The notes under the pieces: model-generated
Seen by the model: only the letters and a program-made list of their open reading frames with translations
Database searches by the model: none
Told to the model about the DNA's origin: nothing
Position numbers and translations under genes: made by a program
Shown here: piece by piece, positions 12,018 to 25,803 of the stretch
Layout of the letters: every line of letters begins with the position of its first letter
How positions within the stretch are numbered: position 1 is the first letter of the stretch
Assembly: GCA_036172245.1 (NCBI GenBank)
Contig: JAYWIR010000051.1
Span: 248,001-312,000, forward strand
DNA length: 64,000 nucleotides
Origin: Raillietiella orientalis
Taxonomy: Eukaryota
Direction: 5' to 3'

Positions 12018-13420
12018 TACCCCACAGCAGGAAAACAAGAGTCAACACCAATTTCAGTTCTCATCGTTTTCTGAGATCATCAGATAAAACTTTTTCGAGC
12101 ACTTTTAGAACTGGTTTCTCTTCATTTCGTCGCAACGAGTTGAAAAGGGTGAACGGGAATAGCAGAAGTGAGCTTACGGACCCACATTGGCAGCTTGTGG
12201 CCCACTTTCCACCGAACATCATCTCGTGTTTCAGTGAATCATTAACACGTATAAAAAATATTGATCGATTTCAGAAAGCGTGACTCTGAATGTTCAGAGT
12301 TGTTGTTATGAAAAAAAGATGGCATGAAATACAGATGGACAGTGAAACTCGGATGTCAAATATCGAGTGTCCCGTGATGGAAAACCGAATGCGTCCTCTT
12401 TACTCTCCTCATGATGCTTTGGGATTGCATTGACAGTGGGAAAGTCTACCAGTTCAGTGATCAGTGTGTGGATTTTTCGCAACTGTTCGTTATCACAGTG
12501 AGACAGTGAATGATAGATGGTACAGGAGATTTCGTTCGAAGAGTAGCTATCACAAATAGGAGGAAATGGTCGTGTTTTGTTTTTCGTTTTTTTTTTCTTT
12601 CATCTAAACATATATGAAAGAGGAATTTCAGACGATGCATATCGAACTGTGATTTGTTTGTTGATGGTGCGTGTGTCTTTATCGGATGAAATGCTGGAGG
12701 TGACTTGCAACTGGGACGAGATCGTTGGGATGCGTTTTGGCAACTTGCATCTCTCCAATGCAGACAGAAATATTTGTGCTGACTGTTGGACATTCGGAGG
12801 ATTGGTTTGCTTCCGAGTTGTCGCTCAGTCTTGGTGTGTGTCCTGTGTTCGTGTATGTGTGTGTGCGCGCGCATTCGCGCACACACACATATATTCATAT
12901 TCATTTTCATTCATGAATATATTCACATTCATTTTTTTTACGCGTTTTTCTCATTCTGCTTCCTATGGAAACCGAGCTGATCTGGTGACCACGCTCATCA
13001 TCGCCAGCATCTTTGATGATAGCTCGAACTCCGCTGCGGCTCGCACGCCCCAGAGCCCGTCAGGTCTCGTCGCGTGCAGGATGCGCATTTTGCGAATTCG
13101 TTGCAACCTTGAAAGATCAACCTACAAGAATGTAGAAAGGCTGATTTCTCGAGAGAATGTGAAAGCGACTTCAGCCTCTGTTGCGCAACGCGAATGTAAT
13201 TCGAGGTAGCTGGATATCGTTCTTAAGAGGGGCTCGAATGGACAGAGACTAAAGCCAGAAGAATAACAATACAGGAGCTAGCTTGACGAGACTTTGCCTG
13301 TCCTTTTCCTCTCTCTCACCTCTCATCCGCCTCTCGCCTCTCTCGGTCGTCACGGGGCTATTTATGCACGTGCTTCTCAGCAAAGACGGACGAACTTGTA
13401 ATATAGTGAGGATTCGTGCT

Positions 13421-13717
13421 TCAGTCGAGTGTGTGTGTGTACGTGTGCGTGCGCGTGTGTACGCGCGCGCCTTCTGCCCCACTCCCATTCCCCATCACTT
13501 GCACTTCTCTCACGTAAAGTATTGTCCCTTAGTTCTTGCTCGGCGCGACGGGCAGACGCAAGCGGTTTGGACCCTCCCTGAACGTGTGCTGCCTGCCTGC
13601 TCCCCCCCCCTTCCTACTCCCACCCCCCCCTCTCCCCCTCCCCATCCCCTTCCTACTCCCCCCCCCTCTCCCTCTCCCCATCCTCTTCCTCCTCCTCGCT
13701 TGACTGTGCTTTGCTAG
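13421..13717 (+). promoter_or_regulatory. Candidate FAR transcription start (Inr TCAGTC) and 5'-UTR intron
   Basis: TCAGTC at 13421-13426 matches the arthropod Inr TCAGTY. Candidate donor GTAAAG at 13514 and acceptor ttgactgtgctttgctAG ending at 13717. Motif-level evidence only. Confidence 0.25.
13608..13697. repeat. C-rich ~37-bp tandem repeat (about 2.4 copies)
   Basis: cccttcctactccc(a)cccccccctctccc(c/t)ctccccatc occurs at 13608 and 13647, with a partial third copy. Confidence 0.8.
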
Positions 13718-13982
13718 TCCCGAGTTCCCGATAATCCGACAGGTTTTTCCTTCCTTTAGAGGTTTCCAGGGAAACTGTTGCGAAAGACACAATGATCGGC
13801 TCGTCCGCTTGACCGATCGTCTCCGCTTGGCTGTTTTCCTCCAAGCCGTGTGCAGCTTTCGACTGTCTTCGCGCGTGAGAGAGAGAAAGAAGAGAGAGGC
13901 TTCTTGAAGATCCCTCTCCTGTCCACGCGAAGAGGCTGTCGCCGCCGCGATTCCTGAGGAGAACGTCAATCTCACAGAGATC

Positions 13983-16331
13983 ATGGACGAAGCGTCGAAG
14001 ATATCCGCGTTCTACGACGGGAGATGCGTTCTGATCACGGGCTCCACAGGCTTCATGGGAAAGGTTCTGGTCGAGAAGTTACTGAGCTCTTGCACCGGCA
14101 TCCGGACCATCTATATGCTGATTCGGCCCAAGCAAGGGAAGGACATTCGTCAGCGGGTCAACGAGCTGCTCGCCTCCAAGGTACGACCCCTCACCCCTGG
14201 CCAAGTTCTTCCCCACCGCCCGCCCCCCGTGCAACCTCCGCAGACCCCCTGCTTGATTTTCCCGAACGCCCCGACCTCCCCCCTCCCCTCTTCCTGCTCC
14301 GCCGGGCCCGCTCGCTGCCGCTCTTCCAGCCTCCCCGGCCCGGTCCCCTGGTGGACGAACGGAAGGGAGGAGCAATTGTTGACTCCCTCTTCCAGATCTT
14401 CGAGCGCGTTCAGAGGGAACGGCCGGAGGTATGCAGCAAGCTGCACCCGGTGCTCGGCGACATCACGTCTCCGGAGCTCGGGATGTCCGAGGACGACGCG
14501 CGGCTGCTTGCCGCCGAGGTGTCCGTGGTGTTCCACGCGGCTGCCACCGTGAAATTCGACGAGCCGCTCAAGTTCTCCGTCAACATGAACATCCTGGGTA
14601 CGAAGAGGCTACTGGAACTGTGCCGTCGGATGTCGCGACTGGTGGTAAGCGGGGGAGGAGAGGACGGGGGAGGGAGGAAAGAGGGATGGTGAAAGAGTAA
14701 GGGTTGAAGGGGGGGCACGGGCTGCAGGGGGGCTCCGCGCGCCTCCTTCACCTCCATTTTTGCCTTCTCCGCCTCTTGGAGGGAGGAGGAGGCTGAAAAG
14801 CAGGAGAGGAGGAAGAGGTTCTTTCCTGCGCGCGCGCTTCCGGTCGCCACCCCCCTCTTTCGCTTCGCTCCCTTGCAGGCGTTCGTCCACGTGTCGACCG
14901 CGTACTGCAACTGCGATCGCTTCGAGAACGAGGAGATGGTGTACCCTGCGTCGGTGGACCCGGACAAACTGGCCCAGGCCGTGGAGTGGATGGACGAGAC
15001 CACGGTCGAAGCCCTCACCCCCAAGTAAAGCATCGCACCTCTCCTTTCCCTCCCGCTCTCCCCCCTTAGCCCTTCCCCCGAGTTCCTCCCCGCCCCAAAC
15101 TCCGCATCTTCTAGGCTCCTGCAAAATCGTCCCAACACTTACACGTTCACGAAAGCCCTGGCCGAGCACGTGCTGCTGAAGGAAGAGGGGAAGCTACCGC
15201 TGGCCATCGTACGACCGTCTATCGGTACGTCGCCCCTTGCTTGCTTCCTTCCTTCCACGGATCCTCTTGTCGCCCCCCCCCCCCCTCGCCTCCTTGCGCA
15301 ACGCCTTCTCCTCCTCCTCCCCGTCTTTGTCCGTCCCACCCCTGCTGCCTCACGCACGCACGCGCGCGATTTTCCGTTCCAGTAACGGCGGCCTGGAAAG
15401 AGCCGCTACCCGGCTGGATCGACAACCTGAACGGGCCGACAGGTCTCATCGTCGGAGCGGGGAAGGGCGTTCTGAAGTCCTTGCTGTGCTACAGGCACCT
15501 GGTGGCCGACCTGGTCCCCGTGGACGTGTGCATCAACTTGATGATTGCGGTTGCCTGGCGCACGGCCGACGAGCAGCCGGGACGCCGCATCCTCGTCTTC
15601 AACTGCAGCTCCGGAACCACCAACCCCATCCGCTGGGGAGAGATCGAGGTCTTCGGGAAGACTGCGCTGCTGCGCAATCCCTTCGAGAACGCCCGTTCGC
15701 TGCCCGGAGGCTGCTTCTACAGCAGCGAGCTCGTCAACACGGTGTTCAGCTTCCTGTACCACACAGTCCCTGCGTACGTCGTCGACGGCGTGCGCCTGCT
15801 CCTCCGGAAGAAGCTATTGTAAGCAGGGGTGGATCGCGGCTCTTGGGAGGGAATTGGGGTTGGGAGTAGGGGAGGGGGAGAAAGGCCGCGAGGTCACCGA
15901 CTCGCTGACCCCCCCTCCTCCCTTCCAGCGCCGTGCGCCTACAGAAGAAGTTCTGCAGATCCATCCAATGCCTGCGCTACTTCACAACCCACCAGTGGCG
16001 CTTCCCCTGCGGCAACATTCGCGACCTGTTGGACCGCATGAGCCCGTGCGACCGCGAACTCTTCTGCTTCGACCTACGCGACCTGAACTGGCCCTCGTAC
16101 CTCGAGAACTACTGTCTCGGGGTCCGCGAGTACGTCCTCGGCGAGCACCCGCGCACCCTGCCCGCAGCTCGCAGGCACCTGAGGTACTTGCAGTGCCTGC
16201 GCCTGCTCTTTTACGCCCTGCTGCTCTTCCTCGTCCTACGCTTCTTCGTGGTCCGGTCAGAGGTCTTCGACCGTGTCTGGAAGCCACTCGCCTCTCACAT
16301 GGTCTTTGCCTCCTCCATCTGGAGAGAATGA
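13983..16331 (+). CDS. FAR: Fatty acyl-CoA reductase (FAR / male-sterility family), 6 exons, 513 aa
   Basis: Exons 13983-14180, 14396-14644, 14879-15024, 15115-15224, 15383-15818, 15929-16331 (1542 nt, GT-AG, in frame). Motifs: [17 protein letters not shown] (NAD(P)H binding), [35 protein letters not shown] (YxxxK), [26 protein letters not shown]-terminal Sterile domain (YFTTHQWRF...[12 protein letters not shown]) and a hydrophobic tail anchor. Confidence 0.96.
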
Positions 16332-17699
16332 CGTGCGGAGACGATCTTCAAGGAAGGCCAAGAACTAAGAGCAAAAAAAAAAAAAAAAAAAAGAGAGAAA
16401 AGAAAGAAAAGGGGAGGGGAAGGAAAACAGGAGGTGAGAAAACATGAGATAAAGAAGATGGGGAAGGGGTGGAAACAGGCTGAGAGACTTCGGGAACGAG
16501 CAGGAACGACCAAAACCGCCCCCTCAGAACCATCTGCAGGAGATACCCTCCAAACACTCTCCCCCGAGGACCCTGCGTGACCTTTGATGCGACAACCTCA
16601 CACACAATTTCGCAGTTACAGTTGCACACCCCGGATATCGGCGCGCGCTTGGCGCAGATGCTCTTCTCGCCTGATGCGATGTGGTCGAGTCGCACCAGAT
16701 GACGTCATGGGAACCACTCAGAGTAGGAGTGCCTGCGGTGTCCAGGGATGGAGCAGGTGACTGCTTCCCTCCTACCTCCATGCTTCCTCCCCCCGCACAC
16801 ACACACTTTCCCCCGACTGAAACTGACCAGCAGAGAGAGCCTCGATTTCCCCCGACAGCCTCAGGGTGAAACGGACCCCGCCGCCAGTCACGGAAGAAGG
16901 GTGGAGCAATACGTAGAGGCGGACGTCCTCTGTCTCTCCCCTGGAGCCTGCTGTGCTCTCTTGCGCGTTCCTCTGTGCTCCTTCGAAGGGCAGCTAGTCT
17001 CAGGGTCGTTGAGGCAGGTTTTCCCTCCCTGCCGGCTGGTCGCTGCGCCCTCAGCTTCCCCTAGAGGACGCCCACAGAGTCGGTTCCGAGCCGCATCTCT
17101 TGCTCTCTCGATCGGGAGAGAAGCTCCTTTGCCCCCTATCCAGGTCGGGTGCTACACCTGGAGCAACCTGGGGAAGAAAACTCATCATCATCTGCGTGCG
17201 CCTTCGAGCGCGCCATCAGGGTCGGACATGCAGGCGCCGGAAGCGAGGCGCATTGATCTACGCGAAGAGAAGGAGGGAGGGAGAGGGGGGAGGCAGGTTG
17301 GAAATACCTGCCGAGCGCTTCTCGCCTGACCCTTTGACTCATGGACAGTCGCCCTCGCACCGTACATGACGTCCACGCCGCTCCAGTGAACGGCACCACG
17401 CAAAATCCGTCCTCTCCTTCCTCTCCACCGGCTGACATCTTGATGTCAGGGTTTTGGAGAGAAGGAAACGGAGAGAGCGCAAAGCAGTCACGAAGAAAGC
17501 GAAAGGACAGAGCGCGCGCGCGCGAGCGCATACACACAGGACCTTTCTGAGATTTCGTTCTTCTTCTTCTTCCCACTCCTCATCATGATCCAGCTCAGAA
17601 AACGGAACGGAGGGCAGAGAGTGCTGCACGCACACGCAACGCCGCGGAGGGGTGCGTTTAACGTTGCCCAAGGCGGGGTCAGTGGCAATGTTCCCGAAT

Positions 17700-18700
17700 T
17701 CCTCGGTCCCCGAGGGAGGGAGCCAATCCGTGCTGCCGAAGGAGGGTTCCCAAGCCCCTTCGAAGGGATCTTCTTTTGTCCTTGGAGACGAAGAAGCTTA
17801 GAATGGAAGACGCCCAGCCCCATCATCTTGCCCTCCCCACAAATGCGGACAAACCCAGGCGGATGGAGGGCAGCGGCACCCTTGAGATATCAAAGCACGG
17901 AAGGGATGAGGGGGTGCATGGGGTAGCTGTTGCCTCCTCTTCCCCCTTTCTCACGTCACGCCGGACGCGCGCATCCCTCTTTGTCCCTGGCAGTGCGCTG
18001 CGAACGGCTCTTCCATCGCTCCCGACCTGAACTCTCGAGCTCTCCACGCCTTCGTCCCATCTGGAGCGATTCCTCGAGGACCGCGTGGAGACTCAGGTCG
18101 CGCCCACGTGGCACTCTGGGAATGAGCTGCTTCCCTCTTCCCTTGGTCTCCTAGTCAGTCGCCGCGACCAATCGTTCGATGATGACACCTGCGGGAGATC
18201 GCGTGCGCCCTCTGTCAGATCGATGAACCTTTCTGGGATCCTCTCCCCCGTCTAGAAGGAACGGAACGACCCCTCTTTCAGGCTCGTCCCTCATCTCGCG
18301 TCCGTGCCAACCAATGATTTGGCAGAGATAGCTCCGAGCTTCCTGGCAGCGGACCCAGGGGTTCCGCACGATCCCGGCCTGGAGGAAGGAGCGACTGGGA
18401 CTCCCACGGCGTTTGAGGAGGAACGCACGCCTCTCTTCCCTTCTCCTGACGCTGGCTATAGGGCAGTCAAGTACAGCTCGCCCTTCTTTCCTCACTCGCG
18501 CGCTCGTAGAGCCGCCGTCTTCGTCGTCGCATCCCTCGTTCAGGTTCTACTTAAACAGCAGACCTCGGGGCAGGACCCACTGGCAGCTCACCCCTACCAG
18601 TCTCCTTGGGGCTTCTTCACCTTCTCAACCTTCGATCTTCTTGTTCCCGAGTCCGGAAGGGCAGTCATCCGGCGAGACTGCTGCCGGGGAGGTACACACG
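17700..18700 (-). mobile_element. Degenerate Ty3/Gypsy RT-RNase H remnant
   Basis: ORF 18151..18495(-): AVLDCPIASVRRREERRAFL (~YLDDILIxSxxxEEHxxxL) and FLQAGIVRNPWVRCQEARSYLCQIIGWHG (~LxxAGLxLNPxKC...YLGHII..G). Downstream FDISRVPLPSIRLGLSAFV and VFHSKLL resemble RNase H. Confidence 0.55.
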
Positions 18701-21299
18701 CAGGTCAAGGAGGTCTGACTCTCCCCAGCTCGCAACCTTTCCGTTCTGCCCGCGTGCGGGGGACCACTCGAGAGCCGTGAGAAGGTCTCTCCTGCCGGTC
18801 TCCACGCATCTGCCGAACGCATCCAAACATTGAGGGGCTGCCTTGGTACGAGGCATCTCCCTCCCCTGTCTGCCGGGAGCGCCGGCTCCTCCTCCGCATG
18901 GACGCAAGCTCGTCGCGTGGGCAGCTGCCTCCTGCATGCCTCCCCGTAGCGCCGCCGACGCGCAACATGGACCTTGTCCTTACCTCTGCAGCCGTGTCTG
19001 GACACACGTGATGCTGCAACCGGCGTTGAAGCCCAGGTAAAAGTTGCCATCGCAGTCTCCCTGAAAGGAAAGGCAAACGGAAGAAAACAAAACAAAAACA
19101 GAAAAAAAGAAAACGTGAAAACGAAAGCACGATTTCTGTGTAAATGAATCTGGCATTTCTACGGCTGGGGTTGCTCAGCAACGGACGGCGCTGCGTCCTA
19201 GGCCTATTCGACAACTGGCGAGCGGAGCCGCCGCCTTCTCGGACAAACGCCCGTCCACCCCAACAGACAGTTCGATTGCACGGATAACTTGCATCCGCGA
19301 TAACCACCGAAGCGATCTGTACCATTTCATGAAGTCTTTCTGCTCCCTTGCTTCGATTTCACGACAAGGACTCCCCGTGCGGCGACCAGGTAAGGCGACC
19401 CTTTTACGTAAGGCGACAAAAAAGGACTGGCGTGCATTTCTGATTGTAAATTCTGGAATGCCATAAACAGAGTGCATTCGCATGAGTGTGTGCATGCATG
19501 AGTTTCTCTTTCTTATTTCAGAACGACGCTCCTTATCGGTGTGGGTGGGTTGCGTTATTCCGGCAAATAGGGTATGCGAGACAGCAAATGAAAGTGGTAG
19601 CGATAAGGGAGGAAACTGTAATGCACACAACTTTCGGAAAAACTCCGTCTTGGTTACTTGTTTTTCTTGAAGGAGGAATGGTTCTCGAAGAGCTTTCCCG
19701 ACGCTCGAGGGCTGGCTGCTGGATTCGTCCAGCACATGAGGGAGGGGAGCCACATAAAACCGACCCGCCTGTAGCCACGCTCCGTTTCGACTCAAAGTCG
19801 CACTGAGGGCTTTCAGAAGCCCGCACAGTAGAAGGACCCAGATCTCCGGGGGTCGGAATGAGCTCGAGAGACGACTGGAGATGACTGCTGAGGAGTATCG
19901 TGCGATGATGGCCTTCAAGATGCTGGGACAGTTCCGAACTGGAACCATCCCTCTCCCTCCACTTGCGAAACGTGCGCGCGGTTCGGCAGGCGGCCAAAAG
20001 GTGTGGGAGCTCCCACCACCACCATCTTGGAAGCAGCGAAGTCTCTCGACTGGAGCGGAGAGACAAAGCGCAACATAGGGCCAAACTGCGCCATCACCCG
20101 ACACTACTCGCGAGACCAGAGTCACCGCTCCCTCATACCGAAGATTTCTTTTTTTCAAAAAAAAAGATGGCCTCATGCGTTCTGCAAATTAATAAATAAA
20201 ATCCAAATGAATAGCGAAGAGTGACGTCAAGGGAACCAGAAATCTTGCGGCCAGAACAGGACCGCCATCTCGGACGTACGAGAACCCATTTTGATTCAGA
20301 TAGGTTCGTCTCCACGGGGAATGCTCGTACCCACGAGCGCTCCATCCTGCTGGCTGAGCCACACCAGCCAATTCTGTACCTCACCAAGAAGCAAGAGGTC
20401 TCCTGAAGCAGCCTTCCTCGGAGCATCCAACTCACGAGCCTTCAACCTCTTTTTCCTTCTTCCCAGTGGCTCTCCCGGGAGCAGTGGCACGGACTTAATC
20501 GTTCCGCTTTCACTTTCTCCCAGTCCCACACCTCTCGCGGCCTTGCGCGCACGCGCAAGAGTCCCAACACTGATGTCCGGACGTTGTCGCTTTGCCTTGA
20601 TGGGGGAGGGGGGGCATTCCACAAAAAGCCACGAAACTGCTTGCAGACGTGGGGTGGGGAGGCAAGGAGCGGCTAAGACTCGCTCTCTTTCTCTATTTCG
20701 TCGCCGCTACGCTACAGGAGAAGGCAGACGCCCTTCCTCGCCTCGCTCTCCTCTTTCTTGACTCTCCGGAAAGCGCGGAGTGCGTCCCTCACCAGCAGGT
20801 GGCCGAGACGGGTAGAGGGAACCTGGTCGGAGTGGACGCGAAGGGCTTCCGGCCAACTTCTGAAACGGAGGGAGTTTGCCATCTAGGAGATGACAGGTGA
20901 ACCTGCAAGCACGAGGGCAGAATTGCCACGAGAGCGAACTCCAGCTTTGAGTAGGGAAAGAGCCTCTTTCTCACTGATCCGAACAACGGGAGGTGCCCTC
21001 CCGCTTCCATTAGTGAGCGAGAAGGGGAAGGGGGGAGGGCGCGAAAAGGGAAAGATAGGAAAATCCCCCCCATCCCCCAAGCCGACCACGCTCCCTTTGT
21101 TCATGCCGCCTTCCCACTTTCCTGAGAGTCAAGAAAGACGGGAGCAACGCGCGCAGCCAACCCGCATTTGGAGCCCTCTCGGCGTGGCCGCGAGATGTTG
21201 CCCTTTTGACGGAAGAGTCCTCCTTCTTCGTCCTTTTCTTCCCAACCAGAAGAAAGATCCCCAAGCGCAGAAAAGGCGAAGCCTCCTTCCAAGCACGCG

Positions 21300-22300
21300 C
21301 ACTCTCGATGGCTAGTCCTTGATCACGGGAAGCATGAGGCTTCCTAAGGGGCGCGGGCGGACTCTCGGCTCCTGTTCCGTTCTCAGAATCCACGGGTAGC
21401 CATCCGAAGATTTTCTTTCGCTCGAGACAACGGGAACGACGATGTGGGTTGCGTGGAATGAGCATTGCTTGCCAATGCCTAGGCTTATGGGGAGCAGGTG
21501 CTCGGCCAGCAGCCCTAGTGCTCCCGATGCTTCTTGTCCTCCGCCTCTGCAACATCCCGGAATACTAGATTAGGATGTCGAACCTCGGGCTTCGGTGAAC
21601 CAAGGACGAGATGGGCGCCACTCTCTCCTTTGTAGGGCCAAGGACTTTATGCAACAGCGGTTTGCCTCCACCAGCCGCAAGACATCGGGTCCGATTGCAT
21701 CGCCACCGCCGTAACCATGGTCTCAGCCCTAACCTGCTCCTTCCATATTCATGCCGTCCATGACAGGCGACCCTGGCAACCGGCTTGCTCACCCCTTTAC
21801 GAATATGGACGAGATGACTCAGCCCTTCCTTGGCTTCTTAACCTATTCGAATTTTTTACTCCTCTCTGCGGCCTTCGGCATGATACGCCCGGGGTTATTG
21901 TTCTCAGAAAGGAGCGGGATGGACCTTGGGGCTACTCCTCACGAACACTCCTCAGATCATCAGCTGGAGCTGGTCTCGACATCTTTGCCTACGTCCATCC
22001 ACCCGCTCTTCTTCTCAGGGGCAGCTTCGCTTGCTATGCACGCAAGGTACACACCTCGCCGACTCCGCGCCCTCCCCTCCCTTCCCGCCGAGGATGTCCT
22101 CTCACGAGCGCACGCTGCCGACCAGGTGGGTACCCTGTAATGGCGACGTCTGTCGCCGGAGCGGACGCCCCAGGTGCGATCCGAGAGAAGGCGTAAGGAC
22201 ATCAAGTCCATGAGAAAAATCGTAAGTGTCCAAAGGCTCCGAGATGAGCCTCCTGGAGAAGGGGCAAAGGGAAAGCAGAGAAGCCTCTTTTCGGTAGAGG
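21300..22300 (-). mobile_element. Possible highly degenerate LINE RT remnant
   Basis: Minus-strand ASAPATD (~KAPGPDG) at ~22150-22168, then PRSIPLLSE at ~21903-21929 (~YRPISLLS). Many stops and frameshifts. Confidence 0.25.
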
Positions 22301-24755
22301 GCAAAGTGCGAGGGTAGGAGCAAAGCGACATTGGAAGGGAACCCGCTGCTCTTAGAGGAGGAATCTCCAAAAATTCCGTCGCTCGTCGAGGTCATCTGGT
22401 GCCAGGTGGGAGACGTGCAGGCATGATGCAACTCCGTCTCAGCCTCCTCCTCCTCCCATCCTTTCTTCCTTCCTTCCTTCGTCCTCCTTCTCCTCCTCGA
22501 ACAGACTCCAGGCTCTCGGGGGGTTGAAACGAAAGGTGCTCTCTCCTGTTCGTTCCCTTACCAGTTGCCTTCCATTCCTTCTACTCTGTCGAAGGAGCTT
22601 CCGTGCCAGGACGGACCAGGAGGCCGGTCAAATGTCTGTCCACTTCAATTTCTGCAGTTCGAAGGGTGCCTTGGGATTCTTTAGTCTGCTGGAACCACAT
22701 TCAATACGCGGTATCCGGATTCCTTCTGCTCTCACCAGTTTGGAGTGACGAGGTCCCACTTGCTGATAAACGACTCCCGAAATAACCTTTTTCCCACTGC
22801 CAGTCACTAGCCAAGGAAGATCTCTACGATCTTCCACTCACGCGTCCGGTCTGTGGGAGGTCGATTGGGAAAACGGAGAAGTTGAGGAAGTGGAGGAAGG
22901 TCCATTTCGGAGGGTTCACAGGAGAGAAAAATACAAGAGGAGAAAGGCGCGGAGGAAGAGTCGACGATGGGAGTGAAGTTTTGTCTGACCGCGTTTGATC
23001 CAGGCTGGTGGCTCCAATTGACCAACGGTCGCTTTCCCATCAGTCTGTTAAGGACACCCAGCCAAGATATGGACTTGTTGATGGGAGATTCGTGAATATG
23101 AAAGACGTTCTGTTATCTTCAAGAGTTGAATGTTTTGAGAAATGCAGTTACAACCAGATATGATGTGCCCTCAGGAGATGGTCAGAGATGTCAGCACCTA
23201 AGGGGACAGTGAGTTTATCACACTAGATCCAGCTTTGTCTACCTGCAGTTTCAGAAGCCGATGAAAATTCTGCATTTTGAGCAGCTTTGGCGCATCCTGC
23301 ACTCTGAACACCTTAGGAGTTTCGTGCTTGGATGCAAAAAAGGGAAGCCGAAACAAAATGAAATCGTCCGACGCCTCGATCCGAGCAACTTTGCTGGAAA
23401 GTCCTTCCGGAATGTTTTTTCAAAGGGATTGACGGAAGATACGTTCAGAGGGAACGTGTGACTTGGTTTTTACTTTTTACTCCAAAAATAACTCCTTCAG
23501 AGAACAGAAAAAACAATTATGAACCAATGAATCTGGAGGAACCTGCTTGCACACCAAAGCTATTGTTAAAGAAATAGCTGTTCTTTGTTTGGCCGAATGA
23601 CTCAGATCCAGACGTACTGCCTCAATGCATCGCCTTCAGAAATAGCCTTTAAAGTTTTCATAGGTGTCTTTAAAAAGCGCTTATGAAGACTTCCAACCTA
23701 TATGCAGGATATTAAATGCATTTCGAAAGTCAAACTGGAGATTCGTATGAAGAAGTATTGAACACTGCAGTGATAAAGCACATGACTGATTGGACTTGAA
23801 TAAGCTGTATTCTTGGTATCTTAACGAATGTAAAAACACTGCTATCATCCAGCAGAAAATATGCAAATCAAGATTTTCAACATGCCATGTTTGATATGAA
23901 AAATTACTGAATATAGTGAAATGTATGAGATTTTTCTTACAAAGAGAAAAAAAAGTCACATTCTTTGAAAAATCAATTACTTGAAGAATGAGTGATAATC
24001 TTTTTTGTATGGAAAATATATACCTTCTCATTCTTTATCAGAAATTGCCCTATTCGCTTGCAATTGCTCAGTAATGTGCAAATTAGTAGAAGATATTCAC
24101 GAACAATGTTGGAGTGACAAGAAAACTGCAATTTCAAAAACTATTGATGCATGAGAGGGATGTCGATGAAGTATCATGAATCTAATGAAAATTCCAAGTC
24201 AAAATATAACAGAAGAAAAGTAAAAGTGCAAAGTGTTAGTGTAATGGAAATTGTTTGTAGTTATCTCCATAGAACAAAAAAGGTCCCGCTTAGAAAGCTC
24301 TAAATTTCTACTAATGAAGGGATCGAATTTTGTGTGGAATACAATTTGCCAAGAAAATGTAATCACACAAAATGAAGTCCCTATAGCCACAAATCTGTAG
24401 ATGGAACCCAGGAAGGAACAGCAATGGTGGTCACAGAACATATCACAAAATACTTTTCCATGGAAAATTTACCTTCGTTTTCGAGGAGGCGTATTATTTT
24501 TCAAAATTAGTTCTCATGGCACAACTGGCAGTTCTGAGCCATTTCGTTTCTTTTAATTCTCTCGAATGCCGCCTGCCTGCGCTCTCGTGTTTCTACTTGC
24601 CTAAGCAATGTGGAAGCAGAGAATTTTCGTGGAATTGCATTATTTGTTTGAACTCTCGAAAATCTAGTACATCAGTGGCACACGTGAAACGCCCTTGTGA
24701 TTCATTGAGAATACCGAGAGAATATCCCTAATTGATAATTGGAAAATAAATAAGC

Positions 24756-25803
24756 ATGGAGATAGACGATGAATTTGAATTACCATCCTCCAGTAGTAAT
24801 CCCAAGACAGAAAAAAAAAGATTCATTGTCAAGAAAGTATGTTACATTTATAATTATTCCTATTTGAAAGCGTTGTACAACTTGCGGTCTTTGTGCACGT
24901 TTAGTGATTAGGTGTGTGATTCACGTGGCAGCCCAGCGTATTCATTTTTTGTTGTCTAGAATCTGTGCCCCGTAACAACATGTTTAAATGCATTTGGAAA
25001 TTCTGTTCTATTCTTGACTATCTTTGAAACAATGCAGTTATCTCAGTGAACTAATAGAAATTGTTCTTTTCAGTGGAATGCTGTAGCACTATGGGCCTGG
25101 GGTGAGTTGAAGTTCTTTTGATTATTCATGGAATGATGCATTCCATTTCAAGAATTTTAGATCAAAGTGAATCATTATTGAAAGATCATGGCCTTGTATT
25201 ATTTGCTTCTGGCTGCTATATTCATGCACAAGAATACAAGGATGCGATCAATTAGTCTGGAATGCCTTGCAAGAACTGCATGTCATTATAGTCAGATTAC
25301 TCTGTCATGTGATTACATTTTGGTGATTATTATGCCAGCAAGTATTCTGATTGCAAATTTTAATGGTGCATATTAAATAGCAGGCAGTACTTAATACTTT
25401 AATCCTTGTTCCACAGTTTAGTGTTACATTTGAAATTGAAGTACTGATTCTAAACTTTTTTGAGCACTTGCTTAAATATGTTTTCATCTTACAGATATCG
25501 TAGTAGATAACTGTGCCATTTGCAGAAACCACATTATGGATCTCTGTATTGAATGTCAAGCTAATCAGGCTTCTGCCACCAGTGAAGAATGTACTGTAGC
25601 TTGGGGTGTGTGTAATGTACGTTGGTGTTTTGCTTATGATTTTCTGAGCATTTCATTGTAGCATGCTTTCCATTTTCATTGCATTTCTCGTTGGCTGAAA
25701 ACAAGACAAGTGTGCCCCCTTGACAACAGAGAATGGGAATTTCAGAAGTAAGTGAGACCTTTGACTAGTGCCATTCTTAATTTCTGGTAGATATGGCCAT
25801 TAG
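24756..25803 (+). CDS. RBX1: RING-box protein 1 (RBX1/ROC1), cullin-RING E3 ligase subunit, 5 exons, 109 aa
   Basis: Exons 24756-24836, 25074-25101, 25495-25616, 25662-25747, 25791-25803 (330 nt). Translation: [109 protein letters not shown]. Missed by the ORF track. AATAAA at 25914. Confidence 0.98.

Noticed and set aside
16373..16392. Poly-A run ~40 nt after the FAR stop, suggesting a retrocopy
   Set aside because: The gene has five canonical introns, and A-runs are common in this window.
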